Source of the DNA: Oligoflexia bacterium
GTDB lineage: Bacteria > Bdellovibrionota > UBA1018
DNA length: 64,000 nucleotides
Reading direction: 5' to 3'
Assembly: GCA_963758495.1 (NCBI GenBank)
Contig: CAVWVI010000001.1
Span: 160,001-224,000, forward strand
Shown here: piece after piece, positions 18,416-27,472 of the stretch
How the letters are laid out: each line of letters begins with the position of its first letter
Numbering within the stretch: the stretch's first letter is position 1
The notes under the pieces: generated by a model
Database searches by the model: none
What the model saw: the letters and a program-made list of their open reading frames with translations, nothing else
What the model was told of the DNA's origin: nothing
Translations under genes and position numbers: made by a program

Positions 18416-19144
18416 ATGGGCAGCACTAAAACGGTCATTGTTACGGGTGCATCGCAAGGAATTGGTGCTGACGTCGTCAGGGCCTTCATGGAGCGCGGCG
18501 GCTATAATATTGTTGCGACCTCCCGGAAAATCTCGAGTGCAGGGACATTCAAGAATTCCGATCAGCTGCAATGGGTCGACGGCGATATCGGACAGCTAGA
18601 CACCGCCCGACGAATCGCCGGCACAGCGTTGGATCGCTTCGGAAGCATCGATGCACTCGCAAACGTCGCGGGAATCATGATCGCGAAAGCCTTCACTGAT
18701 TACACCCCGGAGGATTTCAGACGCCTCGTTTCAACCAACCTCGAAGGCTTCATTTACCTGACCCAGCTCTCGATTCTTCAGATGCTGAAGCAGAAATCCG
18801 GAGGAAGCATCGTAACGATTACAGCCTCCCTCGCCGATCACCCAATGGCTGGCCACAGCGCATCGGTTGACATGATCACGAAAGGCGGCCTCAACTCGAT
18901 AACACGATCGTTGGCCATGGAATACGCCAAGCAGGGAATTCGGGTGAACGCAGTCGCACCGGGAACCGTGCGCACTTCTCTTTCCAAAGGCACGCCGGAG
19001 GATGTCCTACGGTCGGAGTCACCCATGAGAATCGTCACAGAACCCAAGGAAATTGCCCAGGCGGTGCTGTTCCTCACGGAGTCACAGACGATCACTGGAG
19101 AGGTGCTTCTCGTGAATGGTGGAGCGCACTTAGGGCGTTGGTAA
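18416..19144 (+). CDS. Short-chain dehydrogenase/reductase
   Basis: TGASQGIG, NVAG and IRVNAVAPG; the usual YxxxK reads MITK. Confidence 0.9.
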   Translation: MGSTKTVIVTGASQGIGADVVRAFMERGGYNIVATSRKISSAGTFKNSDQLQWVDGDIGQLDTARRIAGTALDRFGSIDALANVAGIMIAKAFTDYTPEDFRRLVSTNLEGFIYLTQLSILQMLKQKSGGSIVTITASLADHPMAGHSASVDMITKGGLNSITRSLAMEYAKQGIRVNAVAPGTVRTSLSKGTPEDVLRSESPMRIVTEPKEIAQAVLFLTESQTITGEVLLVNGGAHLGRW

Positions 19145-19218
19145 GCGCAGTCGTGTGCTTCAGCGGAGGCCGGCCGCGACGGACTACCTGGCCCCGAACC
19201 TGCACAGCAAGAAAACAT

Positions 19219-20625
19219 ATGAGTCGGTTCGACGCAATTATTCTCGGCGCCGGTCAGGCGGGACCGCCATTGGCAGGCCGACTGACGAGGGCTGGAATGA
19301 AAGTCGCTCTTGTGGAGCGAAAACTTTTTGGGGGAACTTGCGTCAATACGGGATGCACACCGACCAAGACATTAATCGCGAGTGCTCATGCCGCTCAGAT
19401 GGCCCGCCGAGGGGCTGAATTCGGGGTTGTTCAAAATTCTGAAGTTCATATCGACATGCGACGGGTGAAAGCGCGCGCGGATACAGTCTCGGGTAACTCA
19501 CGCAAAAGCGTAGAAAAATATCTGCGAAACATGAAGGGCTGCACTGTCATCGAAGGACACGCCCGATTCGAAGGGAGTGACAGTATCCGCGTCGGCGCCG
19601 ATCTGTTGACCGCACCTCGGATATTTATCAATGTAGGCGGGCGGGCGAATGTTCCCGACATGCCGGGGATTTCAGAAGTTTCTTTCATGACCCATTCCTC
19701 TATTCTCACGTTGGATCGCGTACCGGAGCATCTGATCATCGTGGGAGGAAGTTATATCGGTCTCGAGTTCGCGCAGATGTATCGGCGTTTCGGCGCCCGT
19801 GTGACGATCGTAGAAAGAATGCCGCAACTTCTCTCACGGGAGGACGATGACATAGGTCAGGCGATCCGAGAAATTCTGACTCGTGAAGGCGTTCAAGTTC
19901 GCACCAGTGCGGAGTGCATCTCTCTCTCATCACACCAGGGCAGGATCGAAGTCGGCCTCCACTGCACGACAGGCGAACCCAATCAGGTCGAAGGGTCACA
20001 TTTGCTTCTGGCCGTCGGGCGTCGACCGAACACCGATGATCTTGAACTGCAAAAGGCCGGAGTCGCCACCGACGCTCACGGGTACATTACGGTTGATGAC
20101 AATCTCAGTACAAACGTCCCAGGGATTTGGGCGCTGGGTGACTGCAATCGACGAGGAGCCTTTACTCACACCGCTTATAACGACTTCGAAATCGTCGCTG
20201 CCAATCTCCTCGATGGCGAGCATCGGCGTGTGAGCGACCGCGTCTTCGCATTTGGTCTTTATATCGACCCACCCCTCGGGCGTGTGGGTATGACCGATCG
20301 GGAGGCTCGCGCAACGGGACGTCCTTTGCTCATAAATAGTATACCTATGTCCCATATTGGCCGGGCCATCGAAAAGGGCGAAACCCAGGGCCTGATGAAG
20401 ATCAACGTGGATGCTGAAACACGAAAAATCCTAGGGGCTGCGATTCTCGGAGTGGGTGGTGATGAAGCCATTCATGGAATCCTGGACATCATCAACGCGG
20501 GCGTCACATGCGACGTTCTCGAACGTGCGGTACCCATCCATCCGACTGTCTCCGAGCTGATCCCGACTTTGTTGGGCGGCCTGAGTAGGGTGCGGATTCA
20601 AACGCCGCGCCTCGCGGTAGGTTAA
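19219..20625 (+). CDS. Pyridine nucleotide-disulfide oxidoreductase (dihydrolipoamide dehydrogenase/mercuric reductase-like)
   Basis: GAGQAG, GGTCVNTGCTPTK, GGSYIGLE and IHPTVSE; start moved to ATG 19219. Confidence 0.9.
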   Translation: MSRFDAIILGAGQAGPPLAGRLTRAGMKVALVERKLFGGTCVNTGCTPTKTLIASAHAAQMARRGAEFGVVQNSEVHIDMRRVKARADTVSGNSRKSVEKYLRNMKGCTVIEGHARFEGSDSIRVGADLLTAPRIFINVGGRANVPDMPGISEVSFMTHSSILTLDRVPEHLIIVGGSYIGLEFAQMYRRFGARVTIVERMPQLLSREDDDIGQAIREILTREGVQVRTSAECISLSSHQGRIEVGLHCTTGEPNQVEGSHLLLAVGRRPNTDDLELQKAGVATDAHGYITVDDNLSTNVPGIWALGDCNRRGAFTHTAYNDFEIVAANLLDGEHRRVSDRVFAFGLYIDPPLGRVGMTDREARATGRPLLINSIPMSHIGRAIEKGETQGLMKINVDAETRKILGAAILGVGGDEAIHGILDIINAGVTCDVLERAVPIHPTVSELIPTLLGGLSRVRIQTPRLAVG

Positions 20626-20631
20626 TACACT

Positions 20632-20949
20632 TTAGTCTGCTTTTTTCTTCTTTTTAAAATTCACCTGAATTTTTAAATCCACTTCATGCTTGGATAGCAA
20701 TTCTTCCAGGAGCGCAGCGGGGTCGATTCGCTCCAGTACTTGAGCCATCATCTCTTTAGAAAGGCTCCTCAGAAATTCATCACGAGTCTTACTTGCAGAG
20801 TCTAAAATACCCGTCAGCAGCTCTTTAGGAAGTTTAAAATCTGCTACAAGTCCTCTTAAGCTTTCTTCCGTCAGGAAAAATGCGCCGACCCCCACGGTCA
20901 GGATCTTTTTCATCATTTCTGTAGCTTTAGATTGTAAATCTTCCTTCAT
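20632..20949 (-). CDS. Hypothetical protein (phasin-like N-terminus)
   Basis: KKILTVGVGAFFLTEE; last gene of a minus-strand operon. Confidence 0.7.
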   Translation of the reverse strand: MKEDLQSKATEMMKKILTVGVGAFFLTEESLRGLVADFKLPKELLTGILDSASKTRDEFLRSLSKEMMAQVLERIDPAALLEELLSKHEVDLKIQVNFKKKKKAD

Positions 20950-20984
20950 TAATCAAGTAGCTCCTTAGCCATTCTTAGCCATTC

Positions 20985-21416
20985 TTAGGTATTCTTAGCT
21001 TGCTTCTCAAAGCTCTTCACCATACCGGGTAGATTTCCCTTCACCAGTCGGTTCAATACAAAACCTGGAACAGGAATTTTAAATTCCACATCGAGTGCAT
21101 AACGGACGTCCGTTTTTTCTCCAGCCACTTTTTTAAGCTCCCACTTTCCATCATTCTTTTTAAAGAAATTACTTTCTACCAAATTCCACTCAATGACCCC
21201 TTTTTCAGCGTCTTCTTTATGATCCAGAGTGTAGCTTAAACTTTTGGACATCATGTCTACATGGTACACGACTCGAACGTTACCATCAGAACGTTTTTCC
21301 ACCTTCACAGCAGTACACCCTTCGACAAATTGGGGATAACTTTCATAGTTGGTAATAGTCGAAAATAATTTTTCTTTATTTACAGTCAATACTTCATGAA
21401 ATTCAGCTTGTGCCAT
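20985..21416 (-). CDS. SRPBCC/START-fold (RatA/Coq10-like, polyketide cyclase) protein
   Basis: ESYPQFVEGC and FKKNDGKWEL patterns. Confidence 0.85.
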   Translation of the reverse strand: MAQAEFHEVLTVNKEKLFSTITNYESYPQFVEGCTAVKVEKRSDGNVRVVYHVDMMSKSLSYTLDHKEDAEKGVIEWNLVESNFFKKNDGKWELKKVAGEKTDVRYALDVEFKIPVPGFVLNRLVKGNLPGMVKSFEKQAKNT

Positions 21417-21439
21417 CTTAAATACCTCTAGATTTAGAT

Positions 21440-22393
21440 TTAATATTTGGGCTTACGATCAAAATGATGTTCCGCGTGAATAAATCTCACAGTACCCGAC
21501 TCAGATCTCATGACGACAGAATGAGTTCTTGCTCCACCCCTAAAAAAACGAACACCATCCAGAAAAGTTCCTTGGGTCACGCCGGTCGCACAAAACATGA
21601 CATTGCCGCTAGCTAAGTCACTAATTCCATAAATACGATTGAGGTCCTTAATTCCCATGGCTTTTGCTCTTTCACGCTCTGATTCAGTTCGAAAGATCAA
21701 TTGTCCTTGAAAATCTCCACCCATACACCTGAGTGCTGCTGCTGCAATCACACCTTCGGGCGCCCCCCCCGATCCCATGAGAACATCAACACCGCTTTCT
21801 TTTTTACAGGTGGCGATCGCTGCAGAAACGTCACCGTCTCCGATCAGCCAAATTCGAGCGCCAGTACTTCTCACATCTGAGATCAATTCCTCATGCCGCG
21901 GACGATCCAAAATAATCACGGTCAAATCTTCCAACTGACATTTCTTAGCTTGGGCAATATTCCTGAGATTCTCAATAGGGGTCGCCTTGAGGTCAATGGC
22001 GCCTTTGGCGTCCGGCCCTACCGCTATTTTCAACATGTACGTGTCAGGTGCGTGTAGAAATTTACCCTCTTCAGCAATGGCAATCACAGAAAGGGAATTA
22101 TTTCCGCCTCTAGCGCAAATCGTCGTACCCTCCAAAGGATCCAAAGCCAGGTCAAGTTTCGTATCCCCGCCCTTTCCTACTTTTTCTCCAATAAAGAGCA
22201 TGGGCGCTTGATCTCTTTCGCCTTCTCCAATCACAACCCGTCCATCGAACTCAATTGAGTTCAACATACTTCGCATGGCTTCAACCGCAGCATGATCAGC
22301 AGCTTTCTCATCACCCCGCCCCATCATCCGGGCACTTTCCAAAGCGGCTGCTTCAGTCACACGAACAAATTCTAATGCAAAATTTCTATTCAC
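21440..22393 (-). CDS. glpX: Class II fructose-1,6-bisphosphatase
   Basis: RVTEAAA, VIGEGERD.APML, DPLEGT, DGDV and GGAPEGV. Confidence 0.97.
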   Translation of the reverse strand: MNRNFALEFVRVTEAAALESARMMGRGDEKAADHAAVEAMRSMLNSIEFDGRVVIGEGERDQAPMLFIGEKVGKGGDTKLDLALDPLEGTTICARGGNNSLSVIAIAEEGKFLHAPDTYMLKIAVGPDAKGAIDLKATPIENLRNIAQAKKCQLEDLTVIILDRPRHEELISDVRSTGARIWLIGDGDVSAAIATCKKESGVDVLMGSGGAPEGVIAAAALRCMGGDFQGQLIFRTESERERAKAMGIKDLNRIYGISDLASGNVMFCATGVTQGTFLDGVRFFRGGARTHSVVMRSESGTVRFIHAEHHFDRKPKY

Positions 22394-22399
22394 TGTAGG

Positions 22400-23125
22400 T
22401 TACCTCTCAAAATGACGTACACACCAACTCTTTAGATCCTTAGAAAGGTTAGAACTCAGGATGACAGTTTTTGCAATGCTCAACTTATGGGGATCGGGTA
22501 CGGAGTCTTCTTCAAGGAAAAGAGTTTCAAACCTAAAGATACCTCTGACTTCACTGGGCGCCTGAGAAGTATGAATTGACCCCGTAGACAAGCCGTGCTC
22601 TTGCTCCCATTTGATGAAGCTATGTAAAACATACAAATCCATTTCACTATATTGCCCATCACTGGCACGCCTTAACAACAGATCGGTTTCCGAGGGCCCA
22701 TGATACCAAAGTAGATTCATCTCGGAGGAAGGAATGGGTTTCAGCTCCGCACCCAAAAGGGTGGGATCTAAATACTGAGAAATAGCACCAGACACTCCGG
22801 GCGGTAAATCGATAAACTCACAACCCACTCGATCCTGATTTAAATTTCGAACTCGCGCTTGAACTCGATATTTCTCTCTCTTTAAATTTAAAAGTCCTTC
22901 AAATAAAAGTCCCACCGTAAAAAATCGAATATCCTCACGCTCTGAAAACCAAAGCCCCATCCCTTTTTCTGAAAGATCTGTCACTGAAAAAATTCGATTT
23001 TCCACAGCTAACTTAAATTGTTCAGACCCCAAGCTCAGACGCGCCAATTTACGCCGCTCCTGTCCATCATGGATAGAGTTTCTAGATATGACTCCGAGGT
23101 TGTGGGAATTCTTGCTGCCGCCCAT
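22400..23125 (-). CDS. PilZ-domain protein
   Basis: ERRKLAR (RxxxR) and DLSEKG (DxSxxG). Confidence 0.8.
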   Translation of the reverse strand: MGGSKNSHNLGVISRNSIHDGQERRKLARLSLGSEQFKLAVENRIFSVTDLSEKGMGLWFSEREDIRFFTVGLLFEGLLNLKREKYRVQARVRNLNQDRVGCEFIDLPPGVSGAISQYLDPTLLGAELKPIPSSEMNLLWYHGPSETDLLLRRASDGQYSEMDLYVLHSFIKWEQEHGLSTGSIHTSQAPSEVRGIFRFETLFLEEDSVPDPHKLSIAKTVILSSNLSKDLKSWCVRHFER

Positions 23126-23819
23126 TACCAGCTCCTTTTTCTATTTTTTTTTGTGCTTCAATCAAAGACCTTAACCGTCTTGCGGTATATTCAAAGACAA
23201 TCTCCGCACCTCGTTCAATCACGAACTGAGGTGGCCAATCGTAACCTAATTGTTCACCCTTAAAGTAAACAACCGTTCCTTTCTCTCCTAATGATTCAAA
23301 ATAGATATCCCCTGCTAAGCCCGTAAAATGTCCACCTACAACATTATAATGAACCCATCGATCCATCATTTCGTCAAACAAAACCTCTGAACGAAGCCTA
23401 AACTTCCAAATTCCACCTTCAATATTGAGAATATGGTTTTTATCGGAATAAGTCGCACTACTGACGTAAGGGATGACTTGAGCATAAAGAGCATAGTTCG
23501 TAATCACCTGTCGAACTTGTTTTAAATCCGCTCCAACGAGCATCCCAGCATAAAAGGAGTATTTTTTGATCTCCTGATCGTGCACCGGGTTTAGACTCGC
23601 ATTCACAATGATTTCTTTGTCTTCGATCAACCTTTTCCAAAGGGATGGTTTAATTTGAGTCGCAATGGAGGGCGGAGACTTTGATGCATCGCACAAACCT
23701 TTGACGCCCGGAAAAAGCAATCCTAAACTTAGACTTACGCTTAGAGCTGCACTTAAGCCTGTACTTAAAGTGACACGAATACTTCTTATGTTGCTGATAA
23801 ACTTCCCCCATTGAGTCAT
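23082..23819 (-). CDS. Exported START/SRPBCC-like hypothetical protein
   Basis: Hydrophobic N-terminus; ITNYALYAQVIPYV and GHFTGLAG resemble the SRPBCC fold. Confidence 0.55.
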   Translation of the reverse strand: MTQWGKFISNIRSIRVTLSTGLSAALSVSLSLGLLFPGVKGLCDASKSPPSIATQIKPSLWKRLIEDKEIIVNASLNPVHDQEIKKYSFYAGMLVGADLKQVRQVITNYALYAQVIPYVSSATYSDKNHILNIEGGIWKFRLRSEVLFDEMMDRWVHYNVVGGHFTGLAGDIYFESLGEKGTVVYFKGEQLGYDWPPQFVIERGAEIVFEYTARRLRSLIEAQKKIEKGAGNGRQQEFPQPRSHI

Positions 23820-23892
23820 TAAATATCATTATAAACAAATTTTAGGTGTTTATCCTAGACAAACCCCCCCAAACCCAAATAGTTATTAAAGA

Positions 23893-24564
23893 GTGCAAAC
23901 TCAAGATGACATGACATTTAATACCGCGCCCAACCTCCTCACACTTCTGAGGATTATTTTTGTGCCGATCGTAGTTGGGCTTCTCTTCTTACATGAACCT
24001 CGATGGGATGTAGTGGCTGCTTTTGCCTTCGGAATCGCTAGTATTACCGATTATTTTGATGGTTATTTGGCACGCCGCTCAAAGAATGAAACGATATACG
24101 GCAAACTGATGGATCCCCTTGCCGATAAGTTTTTAGTAGTTTCAGCGCTCATCATGCTTCAAGATATCGGCAGAATTCATCCCATTGTCGTCATTCTTCT
24201 CATTTGCCGCGAAATGGCTATTACAGGTCTACGAGCCCTTGCCAGTGCTGAAGGAGTGATTATTGGAGCCTCGGCAACTGCTAAGTGGAAAACTGCGACG
24301 CAAATGGTAGCGATCCCCTTTATCATGGCTCGATCTGCCTTCTTAGGCATTCCTTTGGAGGGAATAGGGAATCTCCTTCTCTACATCTCCCTGGGAATCA
24401 GCCTTTGGTCAGCAAAAGACTATATTGTAGATTTTTTTCATGGACTCAAAGAGGCTCGTAAACAAAAGAATAACGAGCGAAAACAAGCGCGCCAGGCTCG
24501 CCTCGATTCCAGGGCAGTTCGATTTGCAGCCAAAGCGAAAAAAGCTCGGCAAAAATTAGAATAG
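23893..24564 (+). CDS. pgsA: CDP-diacylglycerol--glycerol-3-phosphate 3-phosphatidyltransferase
   Basis: PNLLTLLR and TDYFDGYLAR...GKLMDPLADK; followed by tRNA-Gly. Confidence 0.95.
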   Translation: MQTQDDMTFNTAPNLLTLLRIIFVPIVVGLLFLHEPRWDVVAAFAFGIASITDYFDGYLARRSKNETIYGKLMDPLADKFLVVSALIMLQDIGRIHPIVVILLICREMAITGLRALASAEGVIIGASATAKWKTATQMVAIPFIMARSAFLGIPLEGIGNLLLYISLGISLWSAKDYIVDFFHGLKEARKQKNNERKQARQARLDSRAVRFAAKAKKARQKLE

Positions 24565-24641
24565 GCTCTCACGGCTCGAACCCTCCAGTTCAGCGAAGGC
24601 CATAGATCTTCAATATAATTAAAATTCTTTTTAAAGATCAC

Positions 24642-24670
24642 TTGACCGGAAGGGTTGAGACGGTTAAAAG
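24642..24670 (+). promoter_or_regulatory. Putative sigma70 promoter for tRNA-Gly
   Basis: TTGACC-17 nt-TAAAAG. Confidence 0.4.
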
Positions 24671-24716
24671 ATACTTTCTTGATGATCATTCTTGATCTAA
24701 GATCTTTTAAAAATGG

Positions 24717-24793
24717 GCGGGCTTAGCTCAGTTGGCTAGAGCGCCACGTTGCCAACGTGGAGGTCGAGGGTTCGAGCCCCTTAGCCCGCTCCA
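24717..24793 (+). tRNA. tRNA-Gly (GCC)
   Basis: GCGGGCT/AGCCCGC acceptor stem; CCACG-TT-GCC-AA-CGTGG anticodon arm; GTTCGAG T-loop; encoded CCA. Confidence 0.97.
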
Positions 24794-24840
24794 ATTTTTT
24801 TAATCAAATCAATAAGTTGCTATTTATCAGTAAAACCGAG

Positions 24841-27369
24841 TCAGTCCCCTAAGCTCAATACACACCGAACTGAATTATATTCGCTCCGAGGCTTTTTAAC
24901 TACAAAACCATACTCACCATTGTATGCTAAAGCATTATCGAAATTGCCTAATCGAATCGACGACAACCAAAACCAATTCTTATAAAGATCCGGTAGGAAT
25001 TGCGGAATATAATCCGTTGGATAACCCAAATCTTTCGCTAGCTTTTCAAAGTCTTCTCTCCTCGGGAGCCGAGCACCTATCAAATGACAGTAACGTTCTG
25101 CATCGGATTGGTCCATCATGTAAATGGCATCATTTTTACCTTTCACAATGTCCCCCCAAATCAATCCCGTTTTTTCGTCTTTCCACGCTCTCCCCAGTTT
25201 AACCAGAAGAGCAGAATCGGTGACACGAGTGTATTTGACTTGAGGCTTTCCAATGGCATGCTCTGGATCCCCTAAAGGATAGTCATAATTGGATAAAATG
25301 GCGTTGATTTGTAGGAGCTTAGAACCATTGTCAACAGAAAGTCGATCTTTCAGTCTTTTAGCTAAAGGAAAGAGGAAGGTTAGATTATTTGCAATAATTT
25401 TCTTAAATGCTCCTAATTTTCCATCCTCTCTCGATAAAGGAAGCCCATAAATTAAATTCTGAACCACCTGAAAAACCCTATAGGGATCGGCATGGTGCTT
25501 GGCTTGAGTAGAATACTCCATTTTATCCCAAGCTTTTGAACTGGAGAACCAATTCAGAAGAGCTAAAGATGGGGGGTTTTCTGCCTTGAACACAAACGGA
25601 ATCATTTGCTCAGCAACTGGATCTATCCAACTCTCTTGAGTTTCCTGAATATCCTGCAAGATAAAATGATGGGGTCTGAATTGCCAAATAAAACTAGGCT
25701 TATTATTGATACTAAATTCAACATCTATATCGATCTCGAGGTCATTAATTTTGGATTTATTTTTTATTTTATATTTAAAATTAAAATTAGAATTACCGAT
25801 AATATTCCAACTCAGCCTAAACCCATCTCTTGAAAGAACTTGGCAAAGGAGATCTAATTGAGCTGCGCGCCCTTTGGCTTGTGTCATTGGACTTGGCTCT
25901 TTGACTTCACCATAATAGAGCAATCGATCCAATAAATTCATGATATTATCGAAGCCAAAACCACCTGAGCCCAGAGAGGTGATCTCACACTGAGGCTCCT
26001 CAGGGGGCATTTTATAAACGACTCCCTCATGATTGGAAGCCACTAATTCACTCCACTCATCTCTCGCTTGCTTGCTCAATCCTTTGGCAGAGTCACTATA
26101 TTTTTTATAAAAGGAAATCAGATTTGGATAGATTCTAAGAGTTGAATTCTCCTGCAGCAAGTAACCTATATCGAATTTTGTGTTCTTCTGATTATATAAA
26201 ATAATATTCAGAAAATTCCTAACTGAAGTCTCGCCACAGTCTGCGTACTTTTTAAAAAGCGAATCTGATATACTTGAGTGCCCCACAGCATCAGGAGAGA
26301 GCATTAAAGGAAGAGGTTTATGAATGATGTTTTCTTGCTGCGCATAGAAAACAAGGATCTCTGGATGCTCTATTAAATTTGTTGCAACCTTTTCAGGATT
26401 TCTTGCCACAGAGGAGGGGTCAAAGTCTGAGCTGAAATACTGCTTTTCAAGAAAGCTCGTTTGCTTAACATAATCATTAAAAAAATGAGCATCTTTTAAA
26501 ACATGTGACATCCCCTTGAAGAGCCTTAAAAAGTCTTGCTTTTCATTCCCTTTTTTCCAAAAAAAGGCAAGAAGTGCATGTTCAGTCAGGTGCTTCGGGT
26601 ATTGATCGGAAAAACCTCGAGTTTCTTTCAATGACTGAACGATCAGGTTCGCAAGAGCTTCAAAATCTTTTAAATCCCCCCTTCCAGTCTTAACATTCAT
26701 CTCTTGAAGGAATGCAATCTGCTGATTGAGCTTCTTCTGATTCTCAAAAGACTCTTCAAGAGCGTATTTTTTTTTATTTCGTTGAAGCGCAGCAAGCTTT
26801 TGATTGCGGTATTTTTTTGGATTCAAAGACTCAAATAAAACATCCTGAAGATCAGACGTGAGTTTTTTAACTGCTTCGCCTTTATCTTCTTCATTATGGA
26901 TCGAGTCCGATAGCAAATCCGAGTCTACAACCTTTGAAATGATTCCCAAAACTTTTCCAATCGTACTAGGATTCAGGTGCGATACAGGATCAGAATCGAC
27001 CTGATTAGGTACAAAACTCACTCTATCTTGGGATGGGAATAACCTTTGAATCAGCTCTGCCGTGGCGTCTTGTGGGCAATCGTTGTTTTTAATGAGAAGT
27101 TCATGAATCCGACTCGCCTTCTCTAAGCAATCAAAGCCTTCTTTTTTCGGTCCATAGTTTCCATAAAATCGCCTATTTTCGAGTGCCTTAGTGGCTAGTA
27201 AAGTAAATCCATAAATAGGAGAAAGGTACTCATATTCGGGTCGAATCAGATCGTGAACCCCCTTCATTTTTAGATATTCAATTTCGGCATAAGAGCTCTG
27301 AGGTACCCCACAAAACAACCCAAAAACAGTAACACTAAAAACAATCACGCCAAAAATAGTTTTGTACAT
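24841..27369 (-). CDS. Large secreted protein: unknown N-terminal domain plus C-terminal DUF1566/Lcl-like C-type-lectin-fold domain
   Basis: Signal peptide; C-terminus D..TGLIW...AERYC...RLP...WFWLSS...VRCV. Confidence 0.7.
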   Translation of the reverse strand: MYKTIFGVIVFSVTVFGLFCGVPQSSYAEIEYLKMKGVHDLIRPEYEYLSPIYGFTLLATKALENRRFYGNYGPKKEGFDCLEKASRIHELLIKNNDCPQDATAELIQRLFPSQDRVSFVPNQVDSDPVSHLNPSTIGKVLGIISKVVDSDLLSDSIHNEEDKGEAVKKLTSDLQDVLFESLNPKKYRNQKLAALQRNKKKYALEESFENQKKLNQQIAFLQEMNVKTGRGDLKDFEALANLIVQSLKETRGFSDQYPKHLTEHALLAFFWKKGNEKQDFLRLFKGMSHVLKDAHFFNDYVKQTSFLEKQYFSSDFDPSSVARNPEKVATNLIEHPEILVFYAQQENIIHKPLPLMLSPDAVGHSSISDSLFKKYADCGETSVRNFLNIILYNQKNTKFDIGYLLQENSTLRIYPNLISFYKKYSDSAKGLSKQARDEWSELVASNHEGVVYKMPPEEPQCEITSLGSGGFGFDNIMNLLDRLLYYGEVKEPSPMTQAKGRAAQLDLLCQVLSRDGFRLSWNIIGNSNFNFKYKIKNKSKINDLEIDIDVEFSINNKPSFIWQFRPHHFILQDIQETQESWIDPVAEQMIPFVFKAENPPSLALLNWFSSSKAWDKMEYSTQAKHHADPYRVFQVVQNLIYGLPLSREDGKLGAFKKIIANNLTFLFPLAKRLKDRLSVDNGSKLLQINAILSNYDYPLGDPEHAIGKPQVKYTRVTDSALLVKLGRAWKDEKTGLIWGDIVKGKNDAIYMMDQSDAERYCHLIGARLPRREDFEKLAKDLGYPTDYIPQFLPDLYKNWFWLSSIRLGNFDNALAYNGEYGFVVKKPRSEYNSVRCVLSLGD

Positions 27370-27472
27370 AACCCGATTGTACTTTGGAGTTCATTGATTG
27401 TCTTACAAAAGTAAATGGATCATCCTGACGGGAGGCCTTTGAGCCTTAGAAAAAATCTGCTAAGGTCGTCGC

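Noticed and set aside
17810..20471. Many overlapping 60-140-aa ORFs in the GC-rich operon, and similar shadow ORFs elsewhere
   Set aside because: Antisense or alternate-frame shadows of well-supported genes, with no recognisable motifs
19219..20625. Mercuric reductase merA
   Set aside because: No N-terminal metal-binding domain, no C-terminal Cys-Cys pair and no mer operon; the HPTxSE tail is of the lipoamide-dehydrogenase type
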